Part shown: piece after piece, positions 47,077-59,992 of the stretch
Layout: every line of letters starts with the position of its first letter
How positions within the stretch are numbered: the first letter of the stretch is position 1
Assembly: GCA_964252035.1 (NCBI GenBank)
Contig: OZ176216.1
Length of the DNA stretch: 64,000 nt
Reading direction: 5' to 3' (one strand)
Source of the DNA: Podarcis erhardii
Lineage: Eukaryota
Translations under genes and position numbers: made by a program
Notes under the pieces: generated by a model
What the model was told of the DNA's origin: nothing
Databases searched by the model: none
What the model saw: only the letters and a program-made list of their open reading frames with translations

Positions 47077-47859
47077 CTAGAAAAGAAAGACACACACACA
47101 CTCAGTGCAAACAATTCCTTTAGCTGTTAGCAGTTTTGAGTATGTATGAAAATGTGGACTAAACATTTGGTATGCTGCAGGTTATATACAGTACTGCAGT
47201 TTAGCCCAAAGGTCCCCAAAGCAGTGGGAAACATTAATACATATTGATGCAAAAGAAATATGCAATAAAGGTACAATATAGAAAACACAACAATCAAAAG
47301 AATATAAAATAGTGTCAGGATTTTCAATAGGCAACATCATGGGGGGGACCCCATAGAATTTTTTTTTTAATGTATCTCCTACAAATACAGACCAGTTTAT
47401 ACTATTTCTAAATTTATATCCAACCTCAATATTTGTGCATTTGTTACTCATAAGCACTACAGATTGGAACAGAAAACTATTTTGAAGTTAAACCTTAGCT
47501 CAATATGAGCATTTTTACCACTCTCAAAATCAAGTACAGTGCTAGACAATGCAGAAACCGTTTTCATTATAGTGAAGCCATATGTGGTATCATCGAGTTT
47601 AATTCTAAATCCTTAGACTGATTTTTAAAAAACTCAGTTTTAAATACAGAAAGTAGTATAATATTTTGGCTTGATTATCAGATATTAACAGACACTTCAG
47701 GTACTTATATCCAGGAAGGTCTTTCTGATCCAATTTATCCGTCTGTATCATTGATATGAACAGATCCACACATGTGGTTCACTTTTTCTGCTTCTTGTAA
47801 GTATACTGTATCTCTCTTTAGAATCCATATTAGTGGGCAGTCTTTGATGGGATGTATCC

Positions 47860-47928
47860 ACGCGGGTGGCACTGTGGGTTAAACCACAGAGCCTGGAGCT
47901 TGCCGATCAGAAAGTTGGCAGTTCGAAT
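47860..47928 (+). mobile_element. Sauria SINE 5' head only
   Basis: ACGCGGGTGGCACTGTGGGTTAAACCACAGAGCC...CAGTTCGAAT; homology ends just after the B box. Confidence 0.85.
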
Positions 47929-47962
47929 GGTTAGGTTGTGCCCAAGTGAAGAGCACATAATA

Positions 47963-48318
47963 CAGTGGTGCCCCGCAAGACGAACGCCTTGCAAGACGGA
48001 AAACCCGCTAGACGAAAGGGTTTTCCGTTTTGGAGGCGCTTCGCTAAACGAATTTCTCTATGGGGTTGCTTCGCAAGACGAAAAAATCTTGCGAGTTCCT
48101 GCGGTTTCCCCCCGCTTTCCCCCCCCCTTTCCTAAGCCGCTAAGCCACTTATCAGCTGTTCCGCTGATAAGCCGCTTAACAGCTGATCGCTAAAAGCTGC
48201 TAGACCGCTAATAGCGCTAATCCGCTAAGCTGTCAATGGGCTTGCTTCGCAAGACGAAGAAACAGCTAGACGAAGAGAATCGCGGAACGGATTCTTTTCG
48301 TCTTGCGAGGCACCACTG
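47963..48318. mobile_element. Tc/mariner (Tigger-like) MITE, GCAAGACGAA family
   Basis: TA|CAGTGGTGCCCCGCAAGACGAA...TTCGTCTTGCGAGGCACCACTG|TA; 356 bp. Confidence 0.92.
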
Positions 48319-48405
48319 TATAGGGGCATGGCAACAGAGATCAACCACCAAAATGTCTGGAGGAGAACATTAGATATATATGACAGTTTAGGAAGGTGAA
48401 CTTAC

Positions 48406-48481
48406 CTGAAGCTGTAGTTGAGAAGCAAATGGTAACTATAAGAAAAAGTAGTTCTTGTAAAGGTCCAGGATCAGGATGCAT
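48406..48481 (-). CDS. CDON: CDON exon 2 coding part: start and signal peptide MHPDPGPLQELLFLIVTICFSTTAS
   Basis: ATG at 48481; 76 nt; donor AG|GTAAGT; acceptor ttttgtag with exon starting at 48542, giving 61 nt of 5'UTR; resembles human MHPDLGPL. Missing from the ORF track (short). Confidence 0.93.
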
Positions 48482-51400
48482 AGTGCCAAGTTAGAAAGTG
48501 TTGTGGCAAAGAGCTTCAGATTAATGAGAATCACTGAAGAGCCTACAAAAAGAATAGGCGTGTTATTATTATTATTATTACAATTCATTTATTAATACTG
48601 TAGCCTTCTAAATAATTTGTCTCAATGTGATTTACACATAAGAAAATTAAAAACTGTTTAAAACACAAAAACAAATACATTTAAAAGAATACTAAAATCC
48701 TAACAAGTGAACACTTGTAGTAAAGACCCATTTATCCACCTGGATAAGCCTATCAGAACAAAAATGTCTTTAATGGTTTCTTGAAAGTACAGATAGTGGA
48801 CACTTGTCATATCTTAACTGGAATGCTATTTGATAGAGCAGGGGCGGCCACACTATTATTTACTCAATCTGTACACTACATCCATAGATCTTTGGGTGTT
48901 TCACAACATAAAAAACAAGATTAAATACACAAAATACATTTTTAAAATGAACAAAAATAAAATAAACCAATAACCCCCCTCCCCTCCTTCAGATCGTATA
49001 AATCTTTCATCTTTTAATATTTACAAGTGTGTAAATATGATAACTGTTTTACAAAAGGAAATTCTCTCAGATGTCTTTTGTCTAGTTGGCTTTTGTTAGT
49101 TTTTAAAGTCTAAAAATAAGGTTGGTTATTTCTTCATTCCATAATTGCTACAGTACCATTTCCACATACTTATACTAACAAGGAGGAAGGAGTGACACAT
49201 GTTGGAGGATACTATTTAGGTATTTATTTTATTACTACTGTTTTTCATCTGTTTTTCATGTATGAAAATGTTGTGTTCCATTTCCAGCTCCTGAGTTTCT
49301 CCTCAGCATCTCTCAGTGCTAGGAAAACTCTAACTTGCCCTTCCAATGCATTTGCTGTTGTAAAGACAGTACACAATAGGTAAAAACAGGAAAAATCAAA
49401 CCTACTACTACCACAAACCAATATAGCAGCAGCAGCAGCAGCAATGTTGCTAAAAAGGCTGACATAACAGATAAAAGTAATCTAAAACAAGGGTTTGCCA
49501 CATTAAATTCATTAATCAGGTATGTCAAATGCCTGCAGAATAGAAGCATTCTGATGGGACAGTAAGATGAGGCCAGAAAGATTGCATGAATAAGATGTAA
49601 TATGGTACAGCCAAACAGATGATGTCATGAGAATGATACACTGAAGGTCGTTTGAGGGAAGGCCTACTTCCTTTCTGTCAGTTGGAAAGGAGTGGGGCAA
49701 GGGGAAAACCACTCAGACCCGTGCTTTCTAAGAACAACACAAGCAGAAGTGTGGATGAGCCCTATGTTGCTTTCCTTACCAAAGAAGGCCATAAGAGATC
49801 TCCAAGTTGCTCAAGGGAATTCAGTTTTTAGGAGTGAAGTCTTTGCATGTGTTCAACACACTGCATTTACATTTTCAACTCTGTTTTAAACAGATGTTAC
49901 ATACTTTTCACTAACTGTTTCCAACTGCAATACAGTTCTGGTGTACCTGAAAGTCATTTTAGGGTGGACAACATGCCTAAAGGGGTGGGTGGGTGTAAAG
50001 GTGTCCTGTAGTGTTTTTGTTTACTCCAGAGGTATTGCTAGCACCAAATCTGTCAATTATTTTCCATGTCTAGTAAGGAAAGGGTTTTTTAAAAATGGCA
50101 TAAAATGAGGTATATAATTGCTGCATTGGAATGTTCAATGTAGAAGTGAACTATACTCAACCAGCAGGAACTCAACATTTTATATTACCATTTGCTGGGT
50201 AATTTTCTTACTGAAAAGAGAAAAACTCACTTAAATAATCCAAGGTATTTAGTTCATTTTTATTTGTGATCCTTCAGAGTTCAAGCTGTACAGATGGAAA
50301 TAACTGTGCATTTGCTTGTTTTTCATTTATTCAGTAGTAGAACCACCTGAGCAGCATGTGAGAAGTAAACATTTAGAGAACTTTAAGAGGATGAGAAGCA
50401 GTGTTTGCGCTATCTGCCAAATCCTTCTACCATCTATTTATGTAAAGAGTGTAGTTGAAACTACACTCATCATCATCAACTTTACCCAGTTATTTCACAG
50501 GCTTTGTATACAGAAAAATTTCAAAAGTCATCCAGTGGACCATATACATATCTATGCTATACACGCTCTTTAATGTACTGATTTTCTAGGATTGTCTTTA
50601 TTTTTAAAAATCAGTGTTGTATTAAATGAAACATGGTTTACAAAACATCAGTTGTATTCACATAAGAAACCATCCAATGAAATAAACAGTCTGAAGTGGA
50701 CTTTTGTGTTTTTTGTTGCTACATAGTAAGGCTATATGCTCTTAAACCTGCTTGTCAAAAATGGCTACAAAATGGTTTATATCGGACAATTCATGTGATG
50801 GTAAGCACTGTGCACAAATGAAAGAAAGTACAGGCCCTCCTTTAGTTTTACAAAGGGAGAGACACACATGCAGAAGGGACTAAAAGAAAAAGGTAGAGGA
50901 AGAAAAGGGTAGAGGAAAATCAACAGTTTGATACTGCCAGAATGAAGACACCTAGGATCACTGGCCTTCCCTTGTGAATATTCTGGCTGGAATAGAACCT
51001 GTGAAACTAACTCAATGGTCCTTAGTGTTCTGGTAAGAGAGGGAAGCCAGTGTCATCTTCTTCATACAACTGCAGTCACAGGTCCTCGTAGTTGGTGTAG
51101 AGTTCTTTCCATTAGGGAGATGGAAAGAAAATATGGCTGATGGCTAGGGCCAGGCTAGTCCTCCCTTTGCCATGATACTCTGGGATGGAGGGGGTACAAC
51201 CTCCCAATGGTCCTCACTCTTCTGGCTAGTGATAGAGGGCAAAGCATACTTACACTTGCAACTGAAGTCAACCATAAGTTACATTCTCCAATGCTTTTAA
51301 TTCTAAAAGAGCAAGGTTACACCCTCACCATAAAGCACTCATATCAATTTAACAGCCATGACTTCCTGCAAAGAATCCTAGGAAATGTAGTTTGTTTTAG

Positions 51401-51799
51401 GGTGCTGACCTCACAGACCTGCAATTACCAGCACCCTGAGCAAACTTCAGTTCCCAGGATTTTCCATTACCCTTATAACAGTATAAGAGCTTTAAATGTA
51501 AGTTGTGGATGTGACCTAAGTTTCTAGCCCATATATTTTGAAGGTAAGTTTTAATGTGGTGGGCAATGCCTGATAAAAATCCATGATTCCTGAATGCTTG
51601 CCATATTAAATTTTCAGTGGAGCATGAATGCTTAACAAAATGTATTATGAAAAGTAGAAGTAGATTCACACAACTTGTACATGTCACAAATTTTACTGTT
51701 TGCTATAAAACTGAACATCCAGAACACACCCAGTAGTATTTATAGCAACATGTTTAATAAGAGAAAATAAATTATGTTGCTTTTCAAGAAGTTTACTTT

Positions 51800-51876
51800 G
51801 TTGTTTAGTCGTTTAGTCATGTCCGACTCTTCATGACCCCATGAACCAGAGCACGCCAGGCACTCCTGTCTTCCAC
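51800..51876 (-). mobile_element. 5'-truncated BovB (RTE) LINE 3' end
   Basis: GTTGTTTAGTCGTTTAGTCATGTCCGACTCTTCATGACCCCATG...; perfect 11-bp TSD AAGTTTACTTT at 51789-51799 and 51877-51887. Confidence 0.85.
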
Positions 51877-54800
51877 AAGTTTACTTTATGATTGCTTATT
51901 AAAGAATTTCTTTACTCCCACTTTCTCTTCATCCAGTAACCACTTAAGTGGCTTTGTGACCAGAATTTCTTTATTATTGGCAGATTAGTTTCCATATAAA
52001 ACAAAATGTCATGTATGTTAATTTCTCTATCAGAAAACAGTAATTCACAAAAACAAAAGGCTTCTGATTTAAGCATCATCTCAATCAGGGCAGCTAAGCA
52101 CTCATCATGAACTACATTTTGGCACGGTATTTATTTACAAAAGCATTTCTATTTTTGAGGGCAGCAAAATATTCTGCCTTTCTACCATTTGGTCTATGAG
52201 GCAGCTTACAAACAAAGCAATATAAAACATCAGTAGAATTCTAACCATTTCCCAAGTAACAGCTGTGTTAGTCTTTTGTGGTTCTGGCATAAGTACTTGT
52301 TGTCTTTAGTCCACCTCATCAAACATATGAAGTGTTACTCCAAGTTACAGGTAGATACACACATATTTACACGCATATACCCCATTGAGAGGGACTGTAA
52401 AAACTAAGGTCAAAGGAAAATGAAATGCAGAAAAAAATAGACAGTGATCATTACATACTTGACAGTGGTAATTCACAAAGTGTACTTGATGACAGAAATT
52501 CTGGCACTGGAAAGCTAATCTGCCTCTGAAGTCCCTTTGCTTTAGGATGGGCACTTTGAGGTCATTTACAGAAATATCCCCCCCAATGGGCTTTTGAAGA
52601 CTGTCATATCTGCTGTCAGATTCATGTTCACTTATTCTTTTGCACAGAGATGGGCTTTTCCTCTGTAGAATGCAGAAGGGCACCGAGGGTAGATTTTTCA
52701 GTTTGTTTATTAAAAGACTTCTATTCCACTTTTCATTTACAGAAAGAAATACCAAAGCAGCTCACACAATAATAAAATGCAACAAATCCAATAAAAATAA
52801 TCAGTACAATCATACCAATGACCAGTATTAGTAATATTAAGGGTCAGGGAAAAGATGAAAAGATATGTCTTCAAATCAGTGGCAGAAACACCCCAAGGTT
52901 GGTATTTCCCTGATTTCAGTGGGAAGAGCACTTCATGTGGTAGGTGCCACAAAGGAGAAGGATTTCCTTGCACAACCAGCAATTGGATCTCTGTGGTTCA
53001 TGGTAAAATCAGGAGGGTTCCATCTGCAAACTGCAGCGAGTGACTATACTGCAGTAACTGCAAGTCTGTACAGGAGAATGGAGTCCTTCATATATCATAA
53101 TGAGAAATAAGCAGGTGAATCCTAACAAGTTCAATATTTTGTTTTTTAAAAGTCAAAATATGTAGATAGTCTGACCAATCAATATTAATTAAGCTTAATA
53201 AGCAGCAAAGTCTTCACACTGTACTGAAAAGACCACAACATTGACACCACACATACACATCCCTGGGAAGAGCTCCCTACCTGAGTTGCCTCTACTAAAA
53301 AGACACACTCCCTGATCACAAGTGCCAACTTGAATAAAATATTGAGGGGGGCCAGGTAAGCCCCACCCTGCATAATTGATCACATGACATGGCACATGCA
53401 CACCATTTGAATGGCAATTCCAATCAACCTTCAGGGGCCCGCCTCCTTCAAATATTTTATAGGGGGGGGGGGGCTAAAGGGACCTCAGCCCATAGGTCAT
53501 GGTCCCTATGTCCCTGATAGTTACTCGTCTCACTTCATTTCAGAGAAATATTGACTATGAGCAACCTGACTGGATTTAATCAGTGCATTATTGACCCTAG
53601 GCAACTGCCCAGTAAAGCTGAAGAATCATGTCATTAAGATGGAAGACATAAACGGAAATGTGTACCATAGGCTTATTGGGGCTGATCTCACTCTGATGAT
53701 TCTTGTACTGTAAATATTATCACCCTGGAGACAGTGTGGATCCAGGAAGGACCCTACAACAAGTAAGCTGCTAAGAACAGTTCCACAGGTTCACCTTCTT
53801 GAACCTCCCAGCAACATCCATAGTCAATGGTATCAAATTCGACTGAAAGATTGGAGGAGGGGGAATCAACATTCATGGTATCCAGATCTCTACAACAGCA
53901 TAGGTCATCTACCAGGGTAACCACAGTACCGAAACTCAGCCTGAAGCTGAAAGGAAAGGCCAACAACTTTGTTAAGTGACAGGTGTCCTTTCATTTGTCA
54001 TCACTGATCTCTCTATTGGTCATTTCAAGAGGTCAAGATTTAATGAGTCTACAGATTGAAGTCTGCTCATCTGTAAAAGTTGTAAATCTTCAAGAAAGAG
54101 GCAGCATGAGATGTTACATTTATTTCAGTCACAGAATATTATTTTGGACATTAATCACAATTTCTAATATTACAAAACCTGGATCATTACCGTACTTATT
54201 CCTTATTTATTATGTTAACTGTCCATAGTGAACAAAATTCTGAACTGGAGAATTTACTGCAGAATCAAATCATCACTATTTATATTTAACTTTAGTTCAG
54301 AATTTCAAATCAAATGAGTGAACAATATTTTTAGAGATATTTGCAGGAAATTCTGCAGTTAACATTACAATCCTAGCAAATATTTTCAGATCATTTTGTG
54401 CACATGATTAATACATTGTTTTGTACCATCTATATATCTAGCACCAAGTTTTCAAAACAATTCAAAAATTAGTAAGATCATGATTCCATTCCTAGAAGCC
54501 AGACAATATTGCTTTTGTTACCCCAGCTCTAAAATGAGCTTTTGATAAAGTGGCTAATTTGCTTTAGATGAATTACAACAAAGCTTCTTTGCCCTTTGAG
54601 AATATTAACTGAATGAATAATAAATCCATCTATATGGCGCTCAACAGTGTTCAACACACTTCAGGTACATTTTTTCTTGTCATAATACTTTAAAAATCCA
54701 TGAATGTATGTCAGTACTATCTACATATTACGGAAGTGAGGGATGGAGAACTGAGAGAGACAGCAAATGACACCAACAGTGCAAGTCAATGCCTTTGAAA

Positions 54801-57800
54801 AATGGAAGATTTTAAAATTTTGTGCGACAGAGAAATTTCAACTTATGAAAGTTGCTTATTTCATTCTGTTGCAATTTCAGAGTTTTGTATGATCTTAATC
54901 TGTACATAACACTGTGTGAAGAAACATCATGTCACACTGCCCCCCTTGCATCAATGAAAACCCACAACATCTTGTCAGGAACAGCACACGTTTTTAAAAG
55001 TGAAAATTGATTATTAAGTTTCACACTGAGCCACCTTAAAAGCAAAAGTAGAGACATCTACATTATTTAGAGAAAGGTATTTCCTTAGTCAGTGGCATTT
55101 CATTAGTCACTGGCTCCTCCGTGATTCTCAAAGCCTTTGATCACAGTTTTCATGATGTTTCGTCAGACCTCAGGAATACAAGTGTAACAGCTGGCATATG
55201 CAATTCACTAGGCCTTATTTGTTTACAAGGAGTGGTTAAACATCAGCTAGTAGCAACTGACTAGCTGCCCATCAATTTTAACTGCTAACTCCCGGGTTCA
55301 TTTCTTCACTCTTTTGAGAACTGTAAAATCTCTCGATGCACATTCATGTACAATTGACACTAATACATTCTCTCACACAGGGATGTGGGTTTGGGATTTT
55401 TTAAAAGTTGCTGTGCATTAAACATTGAAAGGGAGAATGGAAAATCAGGGAAATGTAAATTTAAGCAGATTTTAGATGTTTAATAGACACTACCAACTAC
55501 CAAATTATACCTAGGAAATATAGCACCTTTGGGGTTTGTTACCCTACGCCCCCCACCTTTTCACAGGCTCAATCAAGTCGGCCAAGCATGTAAACTGATC
55601 CTGTCGCCAGCAAAAGCATTTCCTTTCACTGTGGTCAGCCAAAAACAGAGAAGAAAATGGAAATGACTTGAAGTTATGGCACCAAAAAGACCAGACAAGC
55701 AAGGAAATAATCAACTCCACATGAGTCACTTCTAGCCCATCACAATGAAAAAGGCCTATGACTAACCCCAGGAAAGGTCATCGAGACCATGGGGGTCACA
55801 TGAAGAAAAAGGCAATAGTGAGAGGCTGCCAGCTGCAATAAGAATCAGTGTGTTCCTAATTACATTCAGAAAAGAAGGGATTCAGCTCAAATAATGTTTT
55901 GATTTAGTCACAACCTAATGTAAAAGGCAGGAACTACAACTTATATTTTTGTGTATTACTAGATTAAAAGAAGTCAGGCCTCCAACATGCCTGCGGACGA
56001 GAAACTTGCAAAAGTGATTTGAAAAGTCAGATCTAGAAGTACTTTGGGAAGAGAGAAGTTAGTCTGTTGGTTTCCAAGGTTCAGTCCTTCAACTAAATTT
56101 GCATTTTCAATATTTGTACTAGCCTTTCACAAATCTATGATACTGAATGGAACAAATAATTTACCAGAAGTTTTTCAAACCAAGAATGAAGGCAGGATAT
56201 GTGTGCACACACCTAAATTTTCTAAATTTAGGACAAAAATACAATGTGTGTAACAAGCTAATTTGAATTACACTTTAGAATCATAATATTATTTCAAAAG
56301 TTTAACATTTTTAACCATTTCAGGAGAATTTTTTGTTATTCGTTATTTTTGACACTTACAAGGCAGGCTTTAATTTATCAGAAATTTGGAGATGGCATCA
56401 CTTATTTATTCCAGAATCCTAGGTGTGTAACCTGATCTCTGAAGCACCTGGGAGGGACTTATTTAGCGTGCAGTCTCCATCTTGTAACTGAGTCTACAAG
56501 CTGACCTCTTGGTCTCATCTCTGTGTAAACATCTTATTTGTATGCTGAGTTCTGGGGAACTCAAAAGTATGCTACACTTTTGTGACAATTTGGATGGTCC
56601 CAATGAAGATATTACGAAACTAGTGGAGAAATTGCCATATTTTACTTGTGTATCAGCCTGCCTAACTTTGCCTTTTTTCTTATTATTGTATGTCATCTTT
56701 AGTAAGCAAATAGAATGGCAATTAAGAAATAATAATAAAAAAATTGTTCTAAAATTGCTAGACCAAACAGAAGACAGTCCTCAAGCCTGCTGTCTTTTTC
56801 CACAACTGCCATCTTTCATCTATTACTGCTAGGGTAGCTCTTCCAACACCTTGCTTGGGGCAAATTAAGAGCTGTATGCCCTGAAGGAAGGCAGAAGTGA
56901 AGAAGCTTAAGGTAGGAGGCTCATTATCAGCTCTTGAAGGGACCACCACTTGGTCTAAGAAGAAAATGTTCCATACTTTGTACCATTTGTTTGTTTTAGT
57001 ATTTTAAAAATGCAAATAACATTGGAATGCCTTGGAAGAAAGCTAGTACTGCGTATCAGTATAACAGTGTTAGAAACTGAGATATGAAAGCTAGGAGCTA
57101 AACCTAGGTTATGAGCGCCTAAATGGACTGTCAAGGCACTTTTTAAATAACAAGAATCCTTCTTCCTACCCACCCCCCTAATGTTCTTAAGAGGGTCTCT
57201 TCTCCAGTCTTCAGAGAGTAGCTGGAAGTGGGGAGGCAGAAAAAGGTCCTCCTTTCCTTCAACTATGAAGTTTTAATCTGAAATCTTTGGCGCAGTACTG
57301 CGCCCAGTCTTCAGAAACTGCTCGCGCAAATGAAATTCCCTGTTGCAAAATGTGCCTAGAACAATGGGCATTTCAAACTCTGCAGTGAAATCAATAAATA
57401 AGAATGTATAAAAAGTGGTAGTTTCAATGCAGGCTGCAGTCATAAGCTTTTATGAAAACCCATTTAATTAATAAATTTATTATAGGTATGTTTAGTAACA
57501 GCTACGAATTAACTAATCGGTTTATTATCCCTCTCTCATCTTCCTCAAATAAATTAATATAGCATGGTTTAAATATGAACAGACAAGTATATGCATGTCC
57601 ACTCAGAAGTAAGTCTCACTAAGTTCAATGGGCTGACAGCAACTGAGTTGTCTGTTGTCTGGCTATGCACATCTTACTCCCTTCGCCCCCCCCCCCCAAC
57701 TTCTGGATTTGGGTCATTTTACATTCCAAGAGCAGAAAGGGTGGAGTTAGGTACAGCAACTAAATCTGAGGTGTGTGATATCCCTTATATTATTCATGAT

Positions 57801-58362
57801 AAATATGGACACTTGACACAGAAAAGGCAACCAGATGAGTACAAATCTCCACGGGCCACAAGGGGGAAGGGGATGAAATGAATGCCTTTTCAAAATGATA
57901 TGGAAAGGCAGGAATGTGGAAAATTTCCTCATCAAAATCCAATACCATCTGCTGTAGGTCACTGTAACACTCTGAACGCAACCATTAAGAATATATGTTT
58001 AAGCAAGCTTTATGCTACTGTGCGCACAAGTACTACCTGAGAGATAAATTAGACAGAAAGAAAGTGACTTGCTAAAATCATGCAGAGAGATCCGATAGTT
58101 ATTCAGGCATTTGAACCTGCTCACCTTGGGCAACTAGATGGCTTGTATGTGACACCAATAGGAAATGCTTTAATTGTTTGTTTTGAACATTTGTATACCA
58201 CTGTTCTTTAAACAGTTTACAACAGTTATACATAAAAAGTACACAAAATTACAGTTTAAAAAAACCCCCGAGAACAGCAAACTACTACAGAAAGATGTAC
58301 TGTATGTGTAATTGCCAGCATAAGCCTCATGGAATAGAAAAAAATTCAGCAAGCATTTAAAA

Positions 58363-58608
58363 CAGGGGTCAGCAACCTTTTTCAGCCGTGGGCCGGTCCA
58401 TGGTCCCTCAGACCTTGTGGGGCGCCAGACAACATTTTTGGGGGGAATGAACGAATTCCGATGCCCCACAAATAACCCAGAGATGTATTTTAAATAAAAT
58501 TTAAATAAATTACATTCTACTCATGTAAAAACACGTTGATTCCCGGACCGTCCACAGGCCGGATTAAGAAGGCAATGGGGCCATATCCGGTTTTAGGTTG
58601 ACTACCCG
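58363..58608. mobile_element. hAT non-autonomous element
   Basis: CAGGGGTCAGCAACCT left end, degenerate right end; perfect 8-bp TSD ATTTAAAA. Confidence 0.85.
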
Positions 58609-58799
58609 ATTTAAAAGCTGAAAAAGAAGGTACCTCTACTGGTAGTGTATTCCACAAGTATTCCAGGGACACAAAAGGCTTCTTGTTACTATCAAATGAT
58701 CCTCGTCCACTTAGGAAACAACTAATGATGCCACTGCAGATTATCTCAGGGTTCAGTCTGGAATGTAAGGGTTCAGGTGGTCCCTAAGATAAATTAATA

Positions 58800-59005
58800 C
58801 AAGGACCCAGAACCTGACTTAGTAGCAGATTGGCAGCAATGCTAATGTTTTAATTATGTTGTCACATGTTGTCAGCCATATCCCCGGCTGGAGCTTCCAC
58901 ACAAGACCCAAGGGCAGCCCCACATAGAGCACATTGTAGTAATCTAGCCTAGAAATTACAAATGCATGGACTATAGTGGTTATGCTATCCCTGTTCAGGA
59001 ACAAA
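58800..59005 (-). mobile_element. L2 LINE ORF2 remnant
   Basis: TIVHAFVISRLDYYNVLYVGLPL...KLQ, resembling the L2 motif HAFVTSRLDYCNALY.GLP. Confidence 0.8.
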
Positions 59006-59947
59006 TATGCCTATTTTCATTTGTTAAACGTGAGATATCTATATAACCCAGCAACAACGTTATGCCTTCATTTATGCTCTGAATTAAAGTTGATGAGCAA
59101 CAAACTCGCTTCCAAGTTTATTTCACTGTTCTAAAACAAGGAAGGAATCAAGCAGTCAACACTCCATTTATACATATTACAAATATGATATTGTCCACCC
59201 TGCCCCAAATTTGGAAATCACTGTGCATGTAGTAATCATACGTATCAAGGTGTACTGCTCTGATTATGTGACTCCCAACCCCAAGACACTTGTTGGTCCC
59301 ACTCTTTATTGGCATTTCAACATCTTGTAAAAAAAAACACCTGCTATTTTTTTCATGCCTTTGCTATTGTGATTATCTGTCCCTCCTACTAGTGCTCTGA
59401 TGGTGACCATATGTTGCTTTAAAGCTTACTTTGTTGCTGTAACTTCATTCCTAACCTTGTTTGATTTTAATAGTATATTAATATTTACCACTTTGAGAAC
59501 CTTCAGTTCTCAAAGTGGTAAATATAAATTTAAATTAAAAACAGAGGCAGGCACTAAAGATAAACCAAACTCTAGAGATAAAGGGTGTACCAAGCACTTT
59601 TTACAACCTTGAATCACAGATGTGCACTAGTAAAAAAAAAATTCTAGATTCTACAAGTCACAACACTTTCCTGGAAAAAGGTTTAATTTAAAGCAACAGG
59701 TAAAGTGTTCCACTGATTCACTATGACTAGACTAGGGTGTTTTGTTTTTCGAGTCAAGTTTCAGCATGAGCTAGTAGGAACAAAAATATGCCAACTTGCC
59801 ACAAAGCACCATTTCATGTTTCATCAAACACCACAACCATTTGAAGGAACTCTTGAACTTTTCCAGGGAGTCTATTTCACAGAAACTTAGAATCATAGAA
59901 CTGTAGAGTTGGAAGGGACCATGTGGGACACCTAGTCCAACCCCCTG

Positions 59948-59992
59948 CAATGCAGGAATCTTTTACCCAATGCAGGAATCTTTTACCCAATG
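59948..59992. repeat. Perfect 20-bp tandem duplication at the edge of a CR1-like fragment (about 59885-59960)
   Basis: CAATGCAGGAATCTTTTACC x2 plus CAATG. Confidence 0.93.

Larger units (their letters stand above)
17678..48542 (-). other. CDON: CDON gene span (exon 2 acceptor to stop codon); exon 1 and promoter outside window
   Basis: 19 coding exons with GT-AG boundaries and compatible phases; lengths sum to 3783 nt (1260 aa + stop); 5 Ig + 3 FN3 + TM architecture and peptides matching vertebrate CDON as recalled. Confidence 0.97.

Noticed and set aside
53880-53960. Strong minus-strand acceptor suggesting a 5'UTR cassette exon
   Set aside because: Only weak donors follow; cannot be supported without transcripts
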